From Methanothermococcus sp. Ax23 (GTDB lineage: Archaea; AGJL01; Methanococci; Methanococcales; Methanococcaceae): a stretch of DNA of 64,000 nucleotides. Under the pieces are notes generated by a model that saw only the letters and a program-made list of their open reading frames with translations, did no database searches and was not told the DNA's origin. Position 1 is the first letter of the stretch; the number at the start of each line of letters is the position of its first letter. A program made the translations under genes and the position numbers. Shown here one piece after another: positions 43,820 through 54,556 of this stretch. The stretch covers positions 1,408,001-1,472,000 of the forward strand of contig NZ_CP157522.1 in assembly GCF_049075655.1 (NCBI RefSeq), written 5' to 3'.

Positions 43820-44615
43820 TCTTATCCTTTATAAATAAATCTTCCAAAGAAGTTCTCACTTCAAATTTAACAAGGTTCGATATGATGTTATTATTCTGTA
43901 TCAGATTTAAAGCATCCTTATGCGCTAAATTTTTCTTTATTAATTTTCCGTTTTCGATGTATTCAACATATGCGGTTTTATTTTGACATATTTCATCTAA
44001 CCGCCCGTAATGGATAGTTTTTCCTTCCTTTAAAATAAGTATTCTATCGCAAAATCTCTCTATCTTTTCAAGCTGGTGTGTGGATAGTATTATGGATTTT
44101 CCCTCATTCTTTAACTCAAATATTATATCTTTTAAAAGATTTAAATTAATCACATCAAGACCAGAAAAAGGTTCATCAAGTATTATTATGTCAGGATTGT
44201 GAATTATAGAAACTAAAAATTGGATTTTTTGCTGATTTCCTTTTGAAAGTGTTTTTATTTTGCTATTTTTGTATTTGGCAATATTCAACCTGTTCAAATA
44301 ATAATCAATCCTTTTTTCAATGGTTTTATTGTCCATTCCCGATAATTCCCCAAAGAATTTTAAAACATCCTTAACTTTTTCATCCTTATAAAGCCCCCTT
44401 TCTTCTGGAAGATATCCAATTTTTCCGTTTATATAAACCTCTCCGTCGTAATTATCAACTATTCCGCTGATAATTCGTAATGTTGTAGTTTTTCCAGCTC
44501 CATTATGTCCCAATAGTCCGAATATTTCCCCGCTTTTTACATTAAATGATAAATCTTTTATTGCCATCTTTGAGCCGTAGGATTTTGAAACATTTTTTAA
44601 TATGATTCTCTCCAT
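43794..44615 (-). CDS. ABC transporter ATP-binding protein
   Basis: GHNGAGKT, LSKGN, LDEPFSGLD; start MERII after GGTGG RBS. Confidence 0.92.
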   Translation of the reverse strand: MERIILKNVSKSYGSKMAIKDLSFNVKSGEIFGLLGHNGAGKTTTLRIISGIVDNYDGEVYINGKIGYLPEERGLYKDEKVKDVLKFFGELSGMDNKTIEKRIDYYLNRLNIAKYKNSKIKTLSKGNQQKIQFLVSIIHNPDIIILDEPFSGLDVINLNLLKDIIFELKNEGKSIILSTHQLEKIERFCDRILILKEGKTIHYGRLDEICQNKTAYVEYIENGKLIKKNLAHKDALNLIQNNNIISNLVKFEVRTSLEDLFIKDKNGGWNNGK

Positions 44616-44810
44616 TCTTCCACCGAATTTATATATTAAATAAATATAATGTAGATACTGATATACATGATTCTTAAATATTTTTAAATAATTTATTATC
44701 GATATATTGATGATTTTTATTTGGCTTAATATTATAATTAAAAGAGAGCGTGAAATATACATAAAATCGAAGATTTTATATTTTTTCACTAAAAGAAAGA
44801 GCGTGAAAAC

Positions 44811-45992
44811 ATGGCAATATTAGGACTTGTAGGAAAACCAAATGTGGGAAAATCAACTTTATTCAACGCAATGACAGAAAAAGTGGCAGACATTGGAAAT
44901 TACCCATTTACAACAATAAATCCAAACATTGGAACATCCTTTGTGAGCTCACCCTGTCCATGTAAAGAATTAAACATCCAATGCAACCCAAATAATTCAA
45001 AATGTATTGATGGAATAAGATACATTCCTGTTGAAATAATAGATGTTGCTGGGCTCGTTCCAGAAGCTCATAAAGGAAAAGGTATGGGAAACAAATTTTT
45101 AGATGATTTGAGACAAGCTGATGCTTTTATTGTAGTTGTTGATGCAAGTGGTAAAACAGATTTAGAAGGAAATCCTGCTGAAAATCACGACCCAACCGAA
45201 GATGTTAAATTTTTATTGGATGAGCTCGACATGTGGATTTATGGAATTTTAACTAAAAACTGGGATAAGTTATCGAGAAAGGCACAACAGCAAAAAAACA
45301 CTTCAAAGATAATCTCTGAACAGTTAAGCGGGCTCAATATCTCAGAAGAACAGGTGGAAAATGCCATTCGTAATTTAGACGACAGCCCTATAAAATGGAC
45401 TGATGATGACCTTTTATATTTGGCAAAAACTCTCAGAAAGCTTTCAAAACCTATGATTATAGCCGCAAATAAAGCAGACCATCCCGATGCAGAAGAGAAT
45501 ATCAAAAAATTAAGGGAAGAATTTAAGGATTACATTGTAATACCAACATCAGCAGAGATAGAACTGGCATTGAAGAGAGCAGAAAAGGCGGGAATTATCA
45601 AATACGATAGAACTAAAAATGATTTTGAAATAATAAATGAATCATTAAATGACGCACAGAAAAACGCCTTAAACTACATGAAAGAATACTTAAAAAAACA
45701 TAATGGAACAGGCATACAGGAGCTCCTAAACAGAGCATACTTTGACCTATTGGATATGATTGTTGTATATCCCGTGGAAGATGAAAACAAATACTGCGAT
45801 AAAAAAGGAAATGTTCTTCCAGATGCCTATTTGGTAAAAAAAGGAACCACTGCAAAGGATTTGGCATTTAAAATACATACAGACATAGGAAATAAATTTA
45901 TATATGCCGTTGATGCAAGAAAGAAAATAAGAATTGGTGCAGACCAAGAGTTGAAGGATGGAGATATAATAAAAATCGTATCTGCGGCTTAA
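44811..45992 (+). CDS. ychF: Obg-family YchF-like ATPase/GTPase
   Basis: GKPNVGKS, YPFTT, DVAG, ANKAD, C-terminal TGS. Confidence 0.9.
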   Translation: MAILGLVGKPNVGKSTLFNAMTEKVADIGNYPFTTINPNIGTSFVSSPCPCKELNIQCNPNNSKCIDGIRYIPVEIIDVAGLVPEAHKGKGMGNKFLDDLRQADAFIVVVDASGKTDLEGNPAENHDPTEDVKFLLDELDMWIYGILTKNWDKLSRKAQQQKNTSKIISEQLSGLNISEEQVENAIRNLDDSPIKWTDDDLLYLAKTLRKLSKPMIIAANKADHPDAEENIKKLREEFKDYIVIPTSAEIELALKRAEKAGIIKYDRTKNDFEIINESLNDAQKNALNYMKEYLKKHNGTGIQELLNRAYFDLLDMIVVYPVEDENKYCDKKGNVLPDAYLVKKGTTAKDLAFKIHTDIGNKFIYAVDARKKIRIGADQELKDGDIIKIVSAA

Positions 45993-46029
45993 TATTAATT
46001 ATTAATTATATATTATTTACGGTGATATA

Positions 46030-46362
46030 ATGGAAAATGAAGCAAATAAAGAAATAATCGAAAATATGAAGTGCCCAATATGTGGTGGAGATGACTGCAT
46101 AAAAAAATCTGCTGTCGAGCTCTACCTCAACATGATAAAAATGTTCTTCAAATACCAAGATAAAGACAGCGATATAACTTATAGAAAATACCCAACAGTT
46201 GGGGAAATAGGAGAGTGCAAAAAAACATTTAAAAGAATATGGCTTTGCCCATACTGTAAAAAACCATTTGAATCAAACTACGAACTGGGAAAGGTCGTGG
46301 TCAAATGTCCGCACTGTGATGAAACATTATGTATTCCAGTTTCAAACAGAACCTTTTGCTAA
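46030..46362 (+). CDS. Cys-rich zinc-ribbon protein
   Basis: CPIC, CPYC, CPHC motifs. Confidence 0.7.
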   Translation: MENEANKEIIENMKCPICGGDDCIKKSAVELYLNMIKMFFKYQDKDSDITYRKYPTVGEIGECKKTFKRIWLCPYCKKPFESNYELGKVVVKCPHCDETLCIPVSNRTFC

Positions 46363-46404
46363 TCTATTTTTTAAAATAAAATAAATAAAATGAAAATAAA
46401 ACAT

Positions 46405-46875
46405 TTATTTTTTCCTTTTTTTAATGACCTTATCAAATAACTCATCAGGAGTAGGTTTTTCCGCCCCTAGGTATTTAACAACAAGGGAGCCGTATTTTAA
46501 ATACTCCTCTTCAACAGGTAAATCCCCAACGAATAATCCGGGGCAATTATTTAAAAACCATCCATCATAAGTTAATACCAATTTTCCATTTTTCAGCTGT
46601 GGAGAATATGGTCTTAATCTGCAAATTAGCGGTCTTACTTTGTATATGGAGCATTTATTATTTTTTAAAAATACGCATTTACCTTTAATTTCTTTCAACT
46701 CGCCGTATGTTCCATCAAAATATGTTAAATATTTTTTAACCGTTTCTTCAAATGGTATTTTTAAATAACCGCTTATATTTGCTATATCCTTTTTTGTTAT
46801 TGTTGGGGAATCACAGCATTTTCCACACATTCTGCATGTCCATGCTATTCCTTTTGTATCTGCCTTAATTTTCAT
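46405..46875 (-). CDS. YkgJ family cysteine-cluster protein
   Basis: CRMCGKCC, CVFL..NKCSIY..RPLICR. Confidence 0.88.
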   Translation of the reverse strand: MKIKADTKGIAWTCRMCGKCCDSPTITKKDIANISGYLKIPFEETVKKYLTYFDGTYGELKEIKGKCVFLKNNKCSIYKVRPLICRLRPYSPQLKNGKLVLTYDGWFLNNCPGLFVGDLPVEEEYLKYGSLVVKYLGAEKPTPDELFDKVIKKRKK

Positions 46876-47033
46876 GTTTTCACTTTTTAAATAGTAGTTG
46901 CGAATTTTTCTTATTTTTCCTTTTTTATTTTTGACTAATATTGATTAATTTTGTAATTTAATGAAATTCTTTTTAAGTTTTATAAGTTCGAAAGACCTCC
47001 GGTTTCCTGAATGGTGATTATGTAAAAAACCTT

Positions 47034-47855
47034 TTAAGTTTTAGGTTTTTGTTGCTCACCTACTTTATAAGCAAGTTGAAAATCGCTTCGATAACCAATT
47101 CCTTCGGAATTTATTCCAGTCGGTGAGTCCAAATGATTGGCTTTGATTTCGGTAGTAGTATTTTTTTCACATATTCTTGCACATACGCCATAATGCCCCG
47201 ATAAATAGTTAAGTGCATTGTGTATTTTTAAATGAATATTTTTAGGAAGTCGATATAGAATATATGCAAATATTACCCCAGTAATTACATCAACAATCCA
47301 GTGCTGTCCCATAAATAGGGTCGAAATTGGTATTAATATACCCAGTGCATAGAACAAATACCTTATTTTGCTTTTTTCATCTTTAAAATGCAGTGCCATG
47401 AGAACAGAGTATGCAGTATGCAGGGAAGGAATTTCATAAGTAGGTTTTGTAAATATCCACAAGTAAGGAGTATTTACTAAATCCTGTGCAACACCAACTT
47501 GGAATGGAGATTGAACTATAAAAAATGTATAAATTAACCCTGCTATGAGCCATCCAAGTGCAATATCTATTAAAATTATATCTGCTTTTAGATAATTCTT
47601 TTTTATAATCAAATAATAGCCGATTCCTCCAACTACGCAAATTGTAAATAAATACATATAAACTATTCTAAAAAATTCCACTATCCAATATGGTGATGTT
47701 TGAAGAATATGATAAAATTTAGCATTGCATAAGGGAATATAATGCAAATAATTGGTAAAATCAAAGGGGGTAATTATTTGGGAATACCACATTAATCCCC
47801 CCCACATAATATAGGCAATAGGGTATGTAATTAATCTTATTTTTATCATTTTCAT
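47034..47855 (-). CDS. PAP2/IPC-synthase-like membrane phosphoesterase
   Basis: PSLHTA and STL..GQHW..DVI.G motifs. Confidence 0.8.
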   Translation of the reverse strand: MKMIKIRLITYPIAYIMWGGLMWYSQIITPFDFTNYLHYIPLCNAKFYHILQTSPYWIVEFFRIVYMYLFTICVVGGIGYYLIIKKNYLKADIILIDIALGWLIAGLIYTFFIVQSPFQVGVAQDLVNTPYLWIFTKPTYEIPSLHTAYSVLMALHFKDEKSKIRYLFYALGILIPISTLFMGQHWIVDVITGVIFAYILYRLPKNIHLKIHNALNYLSGHYGVCARICEKNTTTEIKANHLDSPTGINSEGIGYRSDFQLAYKVGEQQKPKT

Positions 47856-47862
47856 AATATCC

Positions 47863-48918
47863 CTATGGGAAGTATGTATCCAATTCTTTAATACAGGAGC
47901 TCACCAACTTAACAGTTTCATCTAAATCAGATATACCAATTACTTCAACAGGAGTGTGTATATATCTTGAAGGAACTGAAATCACACCAGTTGGAATACC
48001 GTCTCTCGTTAGGTGAATTGCAGTAGCATCTGTTGTTCCACCTTCTCCAACTTCATACTGAACAGAGATATTGTATTTCTTTGATACTTCTTTTATCATA
48101 TCTAAAACCTTTGGATGAGTAATTAAACCTCTTCCAGAAGCATCCACTATACCGACTACTGGACCCTTACCTAATTCAACAGGAGCATCTTCCATTTTTA
48201 TACCCGGATGGTCTCCACAGATTGTCACATCAAGTGCAAGTGCCACATCTGGATTAATGCCAAAAGCTGATGTTCTCGCACCCTTTAATCCAACCTCTTC
48301 CTGAACAGTTCCAACGAAATATATTTGGCAATTTAATTCCATTTCGCTCAATTCCTTTGCAACTTCCAATAAAACAGCACATCCTGCTCTGTCGTCAAAT
48401 GCCTTACATGATATTCTGTTGTTGCCGAGCTCATCAAAATCTGATTTAAATGAAATCCATGAGCCTATCTCTACACCCATATTTTGAGCGTCTTCTCTAT
48501 CTTTTGCCCCAATATCAATAAACATGTCCTCGTATTTTATTAATTTATTTCTTTCACTTTCTTTCATTTTGTGCGGTGGTTTTGAACCTAAAACACCTAC
48601 AATATCCCCTTTGTCAGTATGAACAATTACTTTCTGGTTTAAAAGCATCTGGTCATTTATTCCTCCAATTTTTGTGAATTTTAAGAATCCTTTATCGTCT
48701 ATGTATTTAACCATCAATCCAATTTCATCCATATGTGCCGCAAGCATTATTTTAGGTCCCTTATTTCCTTTTTTTGCAATTAAGTTTCCAAATTTATCTG
48801 TATATACCTCATCGCAGTATTTTTTAAGCTCTCTTTCCATTATGGTTCTTATTCTATCTTCCCTTCCTGAAATACCTTCTGCTGTTGATAGTTCCTTTAA
48901 ATAATCAAGCACAGCCAT
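47863..48918 (-). CDS. M42 (TET-type) aminopeptidase
   Basis: [33 protein letters not shown]. Confidence 0.93.
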   Translation of the reverse strand: MAVLDYLKELSTAEGISGREDRIRTIMERELKKYCDEVYTDKFGNLIAKKGNKGPKIMLAAHMDEIGLMVKYIDDKGFLKFTKIGGINDQMLLNQKVIVHTDKGDIVGVLGSKPPHKMKESERNKLIKYEDMFIDIGAKDREDAQNMGVEIGSWISFKSDFDELGNNRISCKAFDDRAGCAVLLEVAKELSEMELNCQIYFVGTVQEEVGLKGARTSAFGINPDVALALDVTICGDHPGIKMEDAPVELGKGPVVGIVDASGRGLITHPKVLDMIKEVSKKYNISVQYEVGEGGTTDATAIHLTRDGIPTGVISVPSRYIHTPVEVIGISDLDETVKLVSSCIKELDTYFP

Positions 48919-49010
48919 TATATCACCTTTTTTAGATTTTAGCAAAAAATATTAAAAATATTATTAAATACGCAAAATACAAGTATGATATTATAATATA
49001 TAACAATTAC

Positions 49011-49328
49011 GATAAACCGCCGAGAAAGCCAACGATTTTAATCGTTGGATGAGAGGCGGACATTATATCGGCTAGTAAGTAGTAAAATATAAATATGAGA
49101 AGATTAATAGTAAGTAACGCTACCAGTCCAAGTTCTAATGGGTAGGGTTAGTGAAAACTCTACCGCTGGTAGTGGTTGGTATCGTGGTTTGTTTTGATAG
49201 AGTAATCTTAGTGATACAGCGTAGCCCTGAATCTCCTAAACGGGGATAGGGGTAGTGGGCTTGGCCACCCATGTAGGGTTAAACCCTGCTAAAAGAACCC
49301 AACGAGTTCACTCGTTGGAGTAGGTCAG
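49011..49328 (+). mobile_element. Family-1 IS200/IS605 derivative (copy C, 318 bp)
   Basis: TTAC|GATAAACC...GTAGGTCAG; central segment ~49175-49222 differs from copies A and B. Confidence 0.88.
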
Positions 49329-49361
49329 AATATGGTGAATAGGTATAAAATATTTATTGAA

Positions 49362-49757
49362 TTATTCCTGCAATTCAAAATAATTCTTCTGCTTAACAAC
49401 TATTATAGGGATGCCCATATCAATAAGCCTTCTTTTTAAATCCTTGTCATTTGTGCATACAACGATTTTATTGCCCTTATCCTTTTGGTATTTTGCATAG
49501 TTTATTATTATCTCATCGGCATACTTTCCAATATTGTAATCATCTGTTTTATATTTTTTAATTAAGGATAATAATAGATTTATTGAAAATTTCTCCTTAC
49601 CTTTTAATTGGGTTTTAAGTTTTTCCAATTCTTCCCTTATGCAATTGAGTATTATAACTTCATAATTATTTAATATTCTGTCGAGCTCATAATCTATATT
49701 TATATTATGTTTAATGGCATATATTAAAAAATTTGTATCTGGTATTACTATTATCAT
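49362..49757 (-). CDS. PIN-domain protein (Fcf1/VapC-like)
   Basis: PDTNFL, EEL, YAD, CTNDKDL. Confidence 0.88.
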   Translation of the reverse strand: MIIVIPDTNFLIYAIKHNINIDYELDRILNNYEVIILNCIREELEKLKTQLKGKEKFSINLLLSLIKKYKTDDYNIGKYADEIIINYAKYQKDKGNKIVVCTNDKDLKRRLIDMGIPIIVVKQKNYFELQE

Positions 49758-49765
49758 TTTATCAC

Positions 49766-50145
49766 GACTCCTTCGGCAGGAAGCCAACGGCTCCGCAACG
49801 AAGTTGCGACCTAAAACCTTCGGTTTTAAGTTTTCCTCACTTTCGTTCGGAAATGCTATAAAAATCCGAAGGATTTTTATTCAATTAGCCGTTGGAGGAT
49901 GCCGAAAAATTTATATGTTGTATAAACTATATATTGTAATAAACCCTAAGGCACGAAGCTCGGTAGAGTGGATACGGTTGGAAGGGCACATATTAAATGT
50001 GATATTTATAGGGCTGTTGTCAGCCAGCCTAATGTCCTCCGCCCTTATTATTGAGGGAGTTGGATTGAATAAATTCCTTCGGAATTTATAGCTCTCCGCT
50101 TCGCTACGAAGGGCAAGCCAACGACTTTAGTCGTTGGTAGCTGAC
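49766..50145 (+). mobile_element. Family-3 non-autonomous IS200/IS605 derivative (380 bp)
   Basis: TCAC|GACTCC...GAAG+hairpin; right end CAAG+hairpin+GCTGAC; removal gives rad50 TAA-GTGAT-AAA-ATG PIN. Confidence 0.82.
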
Positions 50146-53130
50146 TTAGGAATTAGTTATTACTGAATCCTCTCCAATCTTTTTTATGTTTATAATATTA
50201 TTTGCCACCTGTTCCAATTCGTTGTGGTGAGATATTACAAAAATCTGAGAAATGGTTTTTATGTTTCCAAAGATGTTTAACAGTTTTTTACGCCTATCTT
50301 CATCAAGGAATGCCGTTGGTTCGTCCAGTATTATACATTGTAGATTATTACAAACCGCTTTTGCTATTCCAAGCCTAAGTGCAAGGGATACTGCTATCTG
50401 CTCACCACCACTTAAAGTTTTTACAGGGAGCTCATCCACAATTATATCATAATCATTCTTAATTTGGATGTGGCTGTATGGCAATTCGAACTCATTAAAT
50501 ATTTCATTGGTGTATCTCTGAATAAGTGGAATATACTTTTCTCTTAAATACTGCTGAAATCCGTTCTTTGAAAAGACATTTTCCCTTATATCTATTAAAT
50601 AACCTATATAATTCTCCAATCTTTCCTTTTCTTTTTCTTTATCGTGCAATTCATTTAGATTATTTATTTGTTTTTGCAGTTGTTCCTCTTTGGAATTTAA
50701 ATATGATGTAATTTCTATAATCTGATTATTTGCATCATTTAATTTGTTGAATATTTTTTCATAATCCTCTTTTAATTTGTTGTGGTAGGTATTGTCATAA
50801 TTTAAATTATCCAGCTCTTCTAAAATATCTTTTTTGTTATCTTTTAATGATTCTATCTCTTTATTTTTATTATTTATAATCTCATTTACCGTATTTTCCA
50901 GTTTGTCAATATCTGTTCCGTATCTTTTGCAATAGTTTTCTAACACCGCAAGGGCATTTTTATATTTGCTGTAAGGTTCTTCATACATTTCCATTTCTTT
51001 TTCTATTTTGGATTTTTTCTGCTCTAATTTGATATATTGCTCTGCGTCTTTCTGTATGTTCTCGATTTCTTTTAAAGTATCAATTAACTCTTTTTCCTTA
51101 TTTTTTTTATCATTCATCAGTATTATAATATTATTTAATTTCCCCAAAACATCATTTAATTCCTTCCTTTTAGCATTTACCTTTATTCTATCATAATTGC
51201 CAACTATTTTCAAAAGATTGTTTTTATTTTCTAAAATTTCCTTTTCATTTGCATTTTTTAAATACTCCACACAAAAATTGTATTTGTTATAGTGCTTTTC
51301 TAAATCATTCTTTTTCTTTTCCAAATCTTCGATTTCCTTTTCAATGCTTACGTATTTGCTAATTTCCTTTCGGAGCTCATATAAATCATATATATGATTA
51401 TCTAAATCCCTATTTATATTTTCTAAATTCTCCTTTTTTTCCTTTAATTTTCCGTATTTGTCTTTTAATTTATTTATTTCTTCAAGCTTCTTTTTTAGTT
51501 CCTTTAATTCATTGTCATAATTGTTATATTTTTTGTTAAGTTTAATTAATACCCGTTCTTCCTTTTCAATATCATTGTGGTATGTGTTTAGGAGCTCCTC
51601 CTTTTTCTTCCCATCAATATCTGACTGACACACAGGACATTTATTATCGGTTTCTTTAAGTTTTTCAATTGCCTCTTTCATCTGGTTTATTCTTGTCTCC
51701 TTTTCAACTATTAATTTGTTAAGATTGCTTATTTTTTCCATTAATTCATCATGCTCTTTTATTAGCTCATTTTCAGTATTTATTTTACTTTCGATTTCAT
51801 CAAAATTTGATAGTTCTTTTAGGAGCTCCTCCTTTTTCTTCTTCAAGGTATCTATTTGAGAATTGATACTTTTTTCTTTTTCCTTTAATTTCCCAAAATC
51901 TACAAGTTTTGCATTTAATTCATTTAATTTTTTATTTAATTCTAAATATTCATAATAATATTTTTCATTATTTTTTAATTCTAGTTTATTTTTATTTATC
52001 TCGTTTAGTCGATTGTTTATCTCGTTCAATTCCGTTAATTTTTCCATTACAATATCTAAATTATTAAGTTCTTTTTTAATATTTTCAATATCTTTGTTTA
52101 TTGTTTCAATGTCTTTGTTTTCTGGATTAAGGTTCTTTAAATTGTTTTCAATATCCTTTAAGTTATCTTCCAAATTTTTCTTTGTGCCTCTTAATATATT
52201 GAATTTATCGTAATATTCCTTATATTTTATAATCTCATTAGATAGTTCCTTTAATTTCTCTTCAATTTCATTGTATTTTATATATCCTTCGTTATTTTCC
52301 ATTAAAATTTCACTGTATTTGTTAATGTCTATTAAGTCTTTATTTAAACTACCAATATCTTTTTCAAGAGTTTCTATTTTATGCCCTATTTCTGTCAATA
52401 TTTTATTTAAATCGTTGAATTTTTTTTCCTTTTCATCATAATGATTTAACTCTTCTTTCTTTTTTGCCTCTAATTTTTTAATGTGCTCGTATTTATTTTG
52501 CAGTTCTTTTAATTCCTTTTCCTTATATGATATTTCTTCTTTTAAATTGTTTATATCTTCCTTTATAATATCAATTTGCTTCAACTCCCCCTTTATATAC
52601 TCCAATTTACCATTGAAATTATTAATTGCCTTCCCCATCTCTTCCCAAGTTTTCTCGTATTTTTCAATGCCAAGAAGCTTACCAATAAGTTTCTTTCTTT
52701 CCGCTGGTTTGAGATTTATAAGATTGCTAATCTCCCCCTGTTTTATGTAAATTGCATTTAAAAATACCTCGTGGTCTATTCCAAGTATTTCCCTTACTTT
52801 ATTATTTACTTCATTATTGCCCTCTGCATAAAGTTTATCATTTATATAGAGCCTATCCACATTACTTCCCCTTCCCCGTCCCCTTACAATTTTATACTCG
52901 TTTCCTCCTATTTCGAATGTGAGCTCTATTAAAAATTGGTTGGTTCCCCTCTTTTTTAAGTCCTCAATTCTAGCGCTGCCTCTTGCATATAGTGCGTAAT
53001 TCATGGCTTCAAATATTGACGATTTTCCACTTCCATTCTGACCTATTATAGTGGTGATTCCTTTATTAAATGATATTTTGGTGTTTTTATGACTTCTAAA
53101 ATTCTTAATGTCAATTCCCTTTATTATCAT
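50146..53130 (-). CDS. rad50: DNA double-strand break repair ATPase Rad50
   Basis: GQNGSGKS, CPVC zinc hook, LSGGE, LDEPT, long coiled coil. Confidence 0.95.
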   Translation of the reverse strand: MIIKGIDIKNFRSHKNTKISFNKGITTIIGQNGSGKSSIFEAMNYALYARGSARIEDLKKRGTNQFLIELTFEIGGNEYKIVRGRGRGSNVDRLYINDKLYAEGNNEVNNKVREILGIDHEVFLNAIYIKQGEISNLINLKPAERKKLIGKLLGIEKYEKTWEEMGKAINNFNGKLEYIKGELKQIDIIKEDINNLKEEISYKEKELKELQNKYEHIKKLEAKKKEELNHYDEKEKKFNDLNKILTEIGHKIETLEKDIGSLNKDLIDINKYSEILMENNEGYIKYNEIEEKLKELSNEIIKYKEYYDKFNILRGTKKNLEDNLKDIENNLKNLNPENKDIETINKDIENIKKELNNLDIVMEKLTELNEINNRLNEINKNKLELKNNEKYYYEYLELNKKLNELNAKLVDFGKLKEKEKSINSQIDTLKKKKEELLKELSNFDEIESKINTENELIKEHDELMEKISNLNKLIVEKETRINQMKEAIEKLKETDNKCPVCQSDIDGKKKEELLNTYHNDIEKEERVLIKLNKKYNNYDNELKELKKKLEEINKLKDKYGKLKEKKENLENINRDLDNHIYDLYELRKEISKYVSIEKEIEDLEKKKNDLEKHYNKYNFCVEYLKNANEKEILENKNNLLKIVGNYDRIKVNAKRKELNDVLGKLNNIIILMNDKKNKEKELIDTLKEIENIQKDAEQYIKLEQKKSKIEKEMEMYEEPYSKYKNALAVLENYCKRYGTDIDKLENTVNEIINNKNKEIESLKDNKKDILEELDNLNYDNTYHNKLKEDYEKIFNKLNDANNQIIEITSYLNSKEEQLQKQINNLNELHDKEKEKERLENYIGYLIDIRENVFSKNGFQQYLREKYIPLIQRYTNEIFNEFELPYSHIQIKNDYDIIVDELPVKTLSGGEQIAVSLALRLGIAKAVCNNLQCIILDEPTAFLDEDRRKKLLNIFGNIKTISQIFVISHHNELEQVANNIINIKKIGEDSVITNS

Positions 53131-53265
53131 TATCCCACCGATTTGGTTATTTTAGTTATAGTTATAGTTAGTTATTAGTTATTTTATCGTTGCTTCATTA
53201 TTTTTTTATTATTTTAATTATTTTAATTATTTTTATTATTTTTTATCTTATTCCTACCTATTTTT

Positions 53266-54447
53266 TTATTTACTTAGTATATTATGCTTAAAATGCTCAA
53301 CAAGGTATGCACATAAGTCCCTATTATTTAAAACTTCATTGTATATTCCATAAACAAAATCTATATCGTAATTTTTGTTTTCAAGGAATTCCCTAAATAT
53401 TTCATCAACATTTTTATTTTGAATGTCAATTATTGTATCCTCTGTTTCATCCTCAACAATGGATAATCTGCTGTAAAGTGCCTTTTTTTCTAAAATATCC
53501 TTTAAATGTCCAAAAAGTTCTTTAACAACATTGCAAATAACCACTGGATTTGATTTTGATTCCATTTCATTTATAAGATTTTCAAAATCCTCTTTATTCA
53601 TGATTTTTTTATCTATTATAAAATCCCTGCATTTTATATCTATTTTATCCACATCGTTTATATCAAAATCCCCTCCACTCATATCAACTAAATAAAACCC
53701 CTTTCCGTTCTTTTCATAGTCCCTGTATTCATCATAAGACCAAATTTCTGTGGAACCGCTGTAAGCAAAGACGCCGTTTGTTGTGTTTGCTGTATTTGTG
53801 TTTATATTTGCCGTATCATCGTTATTTACTGTTTTAAGGATTCTCTGGTGAATATGCCCCCCTGCATAGTAGTTAAATCCCTTTGGAAAGTTGTTCAGTT
53901 GGAGCTCATATATGGGCAAGTTTGAGTAGGAGTAAATACTTTGATGAAACAGCAGTATTTTATTATTATACTTTTTAGATTCATTTTCTATTAGTTTATA
54001 GTCCTCGAAAAGATTGTTTATTTTGCTTTTAAATGTGAAATCAGAGCCCCCTATAAATATTTCCTCACTTCCTTTTCTAAAAATATGGTATTTTCTGCTG
54101 ACAAATGTTTTTAGATTATCGCCTAAAATACCCTTCAATATTTTGAAAGGAGAGCCTTTGGAATTTCTCTTTGGCAAATCATGATTGCCGTGAATAATAT
54201 AAACTGGTATATTATGTCTTTTTAGTCTATTAAACCCCTCTATTGCCGTGTAAATTGCATTAATTGATGGTTCTGGACTTTCAAACAAATCACCACTATG
54301 AACTACAAAATCTGGTTTTATCTCAATTATTTTATCAATGCACTGGTTAAATGAGCTGTAAATATCCCGTTCTCGTTCATCTAAATTATACTGCCTGTAT
54401 CCCAAATGGTTGTCGGATATATGGACAAACTGCAATTTCATCACCAT
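53266..54447 (-). CDS. mre11: DNA double-strand break repair nuclease Mre11
   Basis: SDNHLG, GDLF, GNHD, GHIH, YSGS; upstream of rad50. Confidence 0.94.
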   Translation of the reverse strand: MVMKLQFVHISDNHLGYRQYNLDERERDIYSSFNQCIDKIIEIKPDFVVHSGDLFESPEPSINAIYTAIEGFNRLKRHNIPVYIIHGNHDLPKRNSKGSPFKILKGILGDNLKTFVSRKYHIFRKGSEEIFIGGSDFTFKSKINNLFEDYKLIENESKKYNNKILLFHQSIYSYSNLPIYELQLNNFPKGFNYYAGGHIHQRILKTVNNDDTANINTNTANTTNGVFAYSGSTEIWSYDEYRDYEKNGKGFYLVDMSGGDFDINDVDKIDIKCRDFIIDKKIMNKEDFENLINEMESKSNPVVICNVVKELFGHLKDILEKKALYSRLSIVEDETEDTIIDIQNKNVDEIFREFLENKNYDIDFVYGIYNEVLNNRDLCAYLVEHFKHNILSK

Positions 54448-54556
54448 AATATTTTATACTTCGTATTCGCATGTAATTATTCATGTGTAATTAATATACA
54501 TTATTATATTATTACTTAGTTTATTAATTTATTTATTTTTCATCCATGGTGAGATT

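Noticed and set aside
44616-44789. 58-aa N-terminal extension of the ABC ATPase
   Set aside because: AT-rich intergenic read-through; RBS and domain start point to 44615
49714-50091. 125-aa plus-strand ORF
   Set aside because: Runs through MITE hairpins and antisense to the PIN gene; no protein motif
49766-50145. IscB/HEARO-type RNA on the minus strand (starts GTCAGCTACC)
   Set aside because: Plus-strand layout parallels the tnpB-type ends in this window and no iscB remnant is seen; disfavoured, not excluded
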